From: a virus
Taxonomy: Duplodnaviria; Caudoviricetes
DNA length: 28,124 nucleotides
IMG/VR virus record: IMGVR_UViG_3300037760_000035
Coordinates: 1 to 28,124 of that record
Strand: one strand, 5' to 3'
The notes beneath the pieces are model-generated. The model had not been told where the DNA came from. It did not search any database and was given only the letters and a program-made list of their open reading frames with translations. Shown here piece by piece: positions 24,724 to 28,124 of this stretch (positions are counted from its first letter, which is position 1; every line of letters begins with the position of its first letter). Made by a program: the position numbers and the translations under genes.

Positions 24724-27700
24724 GTGCCCGCCGCCCCGATCGACTCCGCGTTCGTCGAGATCCTCCCCGACTTCTCCCCGTTCGGACCGGCGCTCCGGCG
24801 TGAACTCGACGACGCGTTCCGGATACTCGACTCGGAGATCGACGCGGCGATGGACCGGATGCGGCGGTCCTTCGAGGATGGGACACGGTCCGCTACCGGG
24901 TCACTAGACCAGCTCGGAGACGTCGCCGACCGGGAACTCGGGCAAGTCGAGCGGGCCGCCTCCGACGCCGCAGGAGATATCGGCGGGGACTTCGCCCGCG
25001 AAGGGGAACAGGCCGAGCGGTCGCTCCGCGAGGTCGGAGACCGGGGCGAGCGGGAGTTCGACCGGGTAGAACGCGAAGCCCGGGACGCCTCTAGCTCGAT
25101 GGGAGGCCAGTTCCGCCGCGCCGCGGGGCTCATCGCAGCCGCGTTCGCCGCCGTGCAGATCGGGCAGTTCATCGGCGGAGCTATCGAACAGGCCGCGGAC
25201 CTAGGCGAGTCGATCAACGCGGTCTCGGTCGTACTCGGCGACGGGGCAGACTCGTTTATCCAGTTCGGTGAGGATGCCGCCGACTCGCTCGGGCTAACCC
25301 AGGCGGCGCTAAACCAGGCAATCGTCCCCATGGCGTCGCTCCTCCGCAATGCCGGGCTCGGCGGGGAGGACCTGTCCGGGTCACTACAAGAGGTCGCGCA
25401 GCGGGCAACCGACGTCGCCTCGGTATTCAACGCCGACGTAAACGAGGTCCTCGAAGCCTTCGGCGCCGCCGTCCGGGGTGAGACCGAACCAGCGAGACGG
25501 TTCGGCGTCAACCTCAACGCCGTCCGCATCGAGGCGAAGGCCCTAGAACTAGGGCTCGCCGACGCCAGCGGAGAAGTCGACCAGGCGGCAAAGACACAAG
25601 CCGCGCTCGCCCTCGTCCTAGAGGACACCGAGGTCGCGGCCGGGGACTTCGCTAACACGATCGACTCGTGGCCGAACCTGCTCCGCCGAGCTAAGGCGAC
25701 CCTAGAGGAGACCGCGGTCGCTCTCGGGTCCGCGATCCTCCCGGCCCTACAGGAGATCGGGTCCGCGGGGCTCCCGGTAATCGAGTCGCTAACCCCGGCC
25801 TTCGAGATCCTGGGTGCCGCGATCGCCGATAGCCTCCTCGCGCTGCAGCCGTCGATCGAGATATTCGTCTCCTCCCTATCCGCGGGGCTCGCTGAGATCG
25901 CGCCCTCGCTACCCCCGCTCGCGGAGGCGTTCGGGGTGATCCTGCAAGCGGTCGCGCCGCTGATCCCGGTCGTCGCGAGCCTCGCGTCGGCCTACCTACC
26001 GGCAATCGCCGATGCAGCGCAGATCCTCGCCGAGATCGTCCAGGGTTTATTCCCGCTGTTCTCCGCGGGGGCGGCGATCCTAGAGGAGATCGCCCCGACC
26101 GCCGCCGCCGTAGCTATCGGGTTCGGCGCCATGACGACCGCCGCCGTCGGCCTGTCCCGCGGCCTAACGCTAATCCAGCGGCACCCGGTACTCGCGACCC
26201 TGACCGCCCTCTCGACCGTGATCGGGCTCGCGACCGGCGCCGCGGTCGAACTAGCCCCGGCGCTCAACCAGATCGAGCTATCCATCGATAACCTGACCCG
26301 GGGCGTCGTCGACGACGTGAGCCAGCAGGTCGTCAACCTCGGCCTGGCGTACCAGGATCTCCTCGGGCAGGGCGACGACTTCGCCTCCCGGTCGAACCGG
26401 CTGTTCCTCGACCCGCTAGAGACCCTGAAAGGCCCCTTCCGGGATAACAAGAACCTCGCCGACGAGCTATCGGCCGCGCTCGACGACCTAGCTACCGAGG
26501 GCCAGGATCTCGACCGGGTCCTATCCGGTATGGCACGAGCCGGGTCGATCGACGAGGTCAACGACGCGATCGACACCCTGGCCCGGACCTCCGGGTTCAC
26601 CCGGGAGGAGTTCGACGAGATCGCAGGCCGGGTCCTCCCGGATACTACGGCCGCGATGGAGATCGCCGCCCGAGCCGCGGAGGAGGCCGCGGTCGCCACC
26701 GATGCTGTCGCGACCGCTGTCGACCGGGTGAACACTTCAACAGTCCCGACGACGACCGCATTCATCGAGCTAGCTACCGCGATCCGCGACTCCCAAGCGT
26801 CCGAGGAGGACGCCGCAATCGCAGCCGAGTCACTAGGGATCGCGACCGAGGACCTCCTCGCGATCGCCCCCGAGGTAGCGACCGCGTTCGATAACCTCGC
26901 CAGCTCGGTCGAGACGACGATGCCGCGGGTCTCGACCGCCGTCGACGACGCGTTCGCCGCCGCTGAGGAAGCCCAACGGGACTTCACAATGGGCGACTTC
27001 GAAGCCGAGCTAGAGAAGGCTCTACAGGACGCCCAGGACTTCAACACCAATATCCAAGCCCTCCTCGACGCCGGGTTCACCGACCTCGCCGCGTTGGCTA
27101 CAGAACGCGGTCCAGAGTTCGCCGCCGCCGCCGCCGACGCGATCGACGATCCGCAACTGCTGGAACGAGTCACGGGCCTGATGGGGGATCTCGACACCGA
27201 GCTAGACCGGGGGCTGCGGATCGCGGAGGAGACCGCGATCGCTCAGGCCGGGCCGGTCGGTGAGGGCGTGTTCGACGGCATCTCCGAAGGGGTAGAGGAC
27301 ATAGCCCCCTTCGTATCGAGGTTCATGGGCCGGGACTTCCCGGCTGCGATCCGCGGCGGGCTGGTACCCGGTCGACGGGACGGATCGAGCGTCGGTCGGG
27401 CGACCGCGAACGCGCTCTCAGGCGGGTTGAACGCACGGCGGCAGGGCGTCGCCAACACCGCGCGCAGTGTCCTGGCTAGCGCGATCCGTACCGCCAGGTC
27501 GACCGGTACATCGGGTGCGTACGGGATCGGGGTCGACCTGATGGGCGGCGTCGCGAGAGGTATCCGGGAGGCGTCCCGACAGGCGCAGGCCGCGATGACC
27601 GCCGAAGTTAACCGGGTGGTGCGGGCCGGTCGCCTCGCGGGGAACATCGCCTCCCCGTCTCGTAAGACAGCGGAGGAGATCGGTGGGCCGCTCGCGGAGG

Positions 27701-28023
27701 GCATCGGGCTCGGGATCTCGCAGGACACGACCGCGCTGCGAGCAATCGATGACCTAGTCGGCAACCTGACGAGCCCGCTGGATATGCAGGCCAGCATTGG
27801 GATCAGCCAAACCGGCTTAGGTCAGCCTGCGGCTATTCGGCACGACTCGGGAGGGGCCTCGCCGTTTCCCGGCGATTTTGTCGCCGGGGTGGCCCAAGCG
27901 ATTAGGGACTCGTTCCCTGACACGATCAGGCTGCAGATCGGCTCAGAGCAGGTGCTCGCCAAAGTCGTCCGCGATGGAGATCAGCAGTTGTCATTCATCG
28001 ACCCGTCCTGGAGGACGCCGTGA
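24724..28023 (+). CDS. Tape measure protein
   Basis: 1099 aa, Ala-rich helical; SAFVEILPDFSPF N-terminus, RGETEPARRFGVNL, IASPSRK near C-terminus; GGAGG RBS. Confidence 0.9.
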   Translation: MPAAPIDSAFVEILPDFSPFGPALRRELDDAFRILDSEIDAAMDRMRRSFEDGTRSATGSLDQLGDVADRELGQVERAASDAAGDIGGDFAREGEQAERSLREVGDRGEREFDRVEREARDASSSMGGQFRRAAGLIAAAFAAVQIGQFIGGAIEQAADLGESINAVSVVLGDGADSFIQFGEDAADSLGLTQAALNQAIVPMASLLRNAGLGGEDLSGSLQEVAQRATDVASVFNADVNEVLEAFGAAVRGETEPARRFGVNLNAVRIEAKALELGLADASGEVDQAAKTQAALALVLEDTEVAAGDFANTIDSWPNLLRRAKATLEETAVALGSAILPALQEIGSAGLPVIESLTPAFEILGAAIADSLLALQPSIEIFVSSLSAGLAEIAPSLPPLAEAFGVILQAVAPLIPVVASLASAYLPAIADAAQILAEIVQGLFPLFSAGAAILEEIAPTAAAVAIGFGAMTTAAVGLSRGLTLIQRHPVLATLTALSTVIGLATGAAVELAPALNQIELSIDNLTRGVVDDVSQQVVNLGLAYQDLLGQGDDFASRSNRLFLDPLETLKGPFRDNKNLADELSAALDDLATEGQDLDRVLSGMARAGSIDEVNDAIDTLARTSGFTREEFDEIAGRVLPDTTAAMEIAARAAEEAAVATDAVATAVDRVNTSTVPTTTAFIELATAIRDSQASEEDAAIAAESLGIATEDLLAIAPEVATAFDNLASSVETTMPRVSTAVDDAFAAAEEAQRDFTMGDFEAELEKALQDAQDFNTNIQALLDAGFTDLAALATERGPEFAAAAADAIDDPQLLERVTGLMGDLDTELDRGLRIAEETAIAQAGPVGEGVFDGISEGVEDIAPFVSRFMGRDFPAAIRGGLVPGRRDGSSVGRATANALSGGLNARRQGVANTARSVLASAIRTARSTGTSGAYGIGVDLMGGVARGIREASRQAQAAMTAEVNRVVRAGRLAGNIASPSRKTAEEIGGPLAEGIGLGISQDTTALRAIDDLVGNLTSPLDMQASIGISQTGLGQPAAIRHDSGGASPFPGDFVAGVAQAIRDSFPDTIRLQIGSEQVLAKVVRDGDQQLSFIDPSWRTP

Positions 28024-28124
28024 CTCTGACGTACCTAGGACCGTTCGGTGCGCTGCGAGAGTTCGACTGTCTCCCACCGGAGATCGCCGTCGAAGGGCAG
28101 CGGCAGTCATATCGCGGCATCACC
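28020..28124 (+). CDS. Minor tail (distal tail-like) protein, 5' part only
   Basis: GTGA overlap with tape measure stop, GGAGG RBS, open to window end. Confidence 0.55.
   Translation, partial: MTLTYLGPFGALREFDCLPPEIAVEGQRQSYRGIT

Noticed and set aside
1-28124. Stop-codon reassignment suggested by frequent CTAG/TAG
   Set aside because: Genes are full length under the standard code and TAG is used as a normal stop; CTAG excess is explained by CTA-Gxx codon pairs

Overview
GC-rich tailed-phage (siphovirus-type, actinobacteriophage-like) virion morphogenesis region; all credible genes are on the + strand. Order: accessory gene, DUF1360-like membrane protein, portal, MuF/2H-phosphoesterase/protease polyprotein, two capsid proteins (hexamer/pentamer-type arrangement as in mycobacteriophage Rosebush/cluster B), major tail, a 1467-aa repeat-linked multidomain protein carrying a PhoD-type phosphatase, head-tail connectors, then a ~7.2 kb island of small accessory genes (incl. 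DUF3560- and DUF932-like), then tail chaperones with a probable -1 frameshift and the tape measure. Standout signals: (1) a five-copy promoter motif TGGnnn-N17-TAGGTTTRGnnnTATCAGGAAAC, plus five more hairpin+ATCAGGAA leaders, marking the accessory genes; (2) a MuF-2H(HxT...HxT)-protease fusion with recurring L(V/T)A(A/S) motifs at domain junctions; (3) a probable virion-associated PhoD phosphatase; (4) apparent complete avoidance of CTCGAG and GAGCTC. All family assignments are by motif recognition only; no database searches were run.
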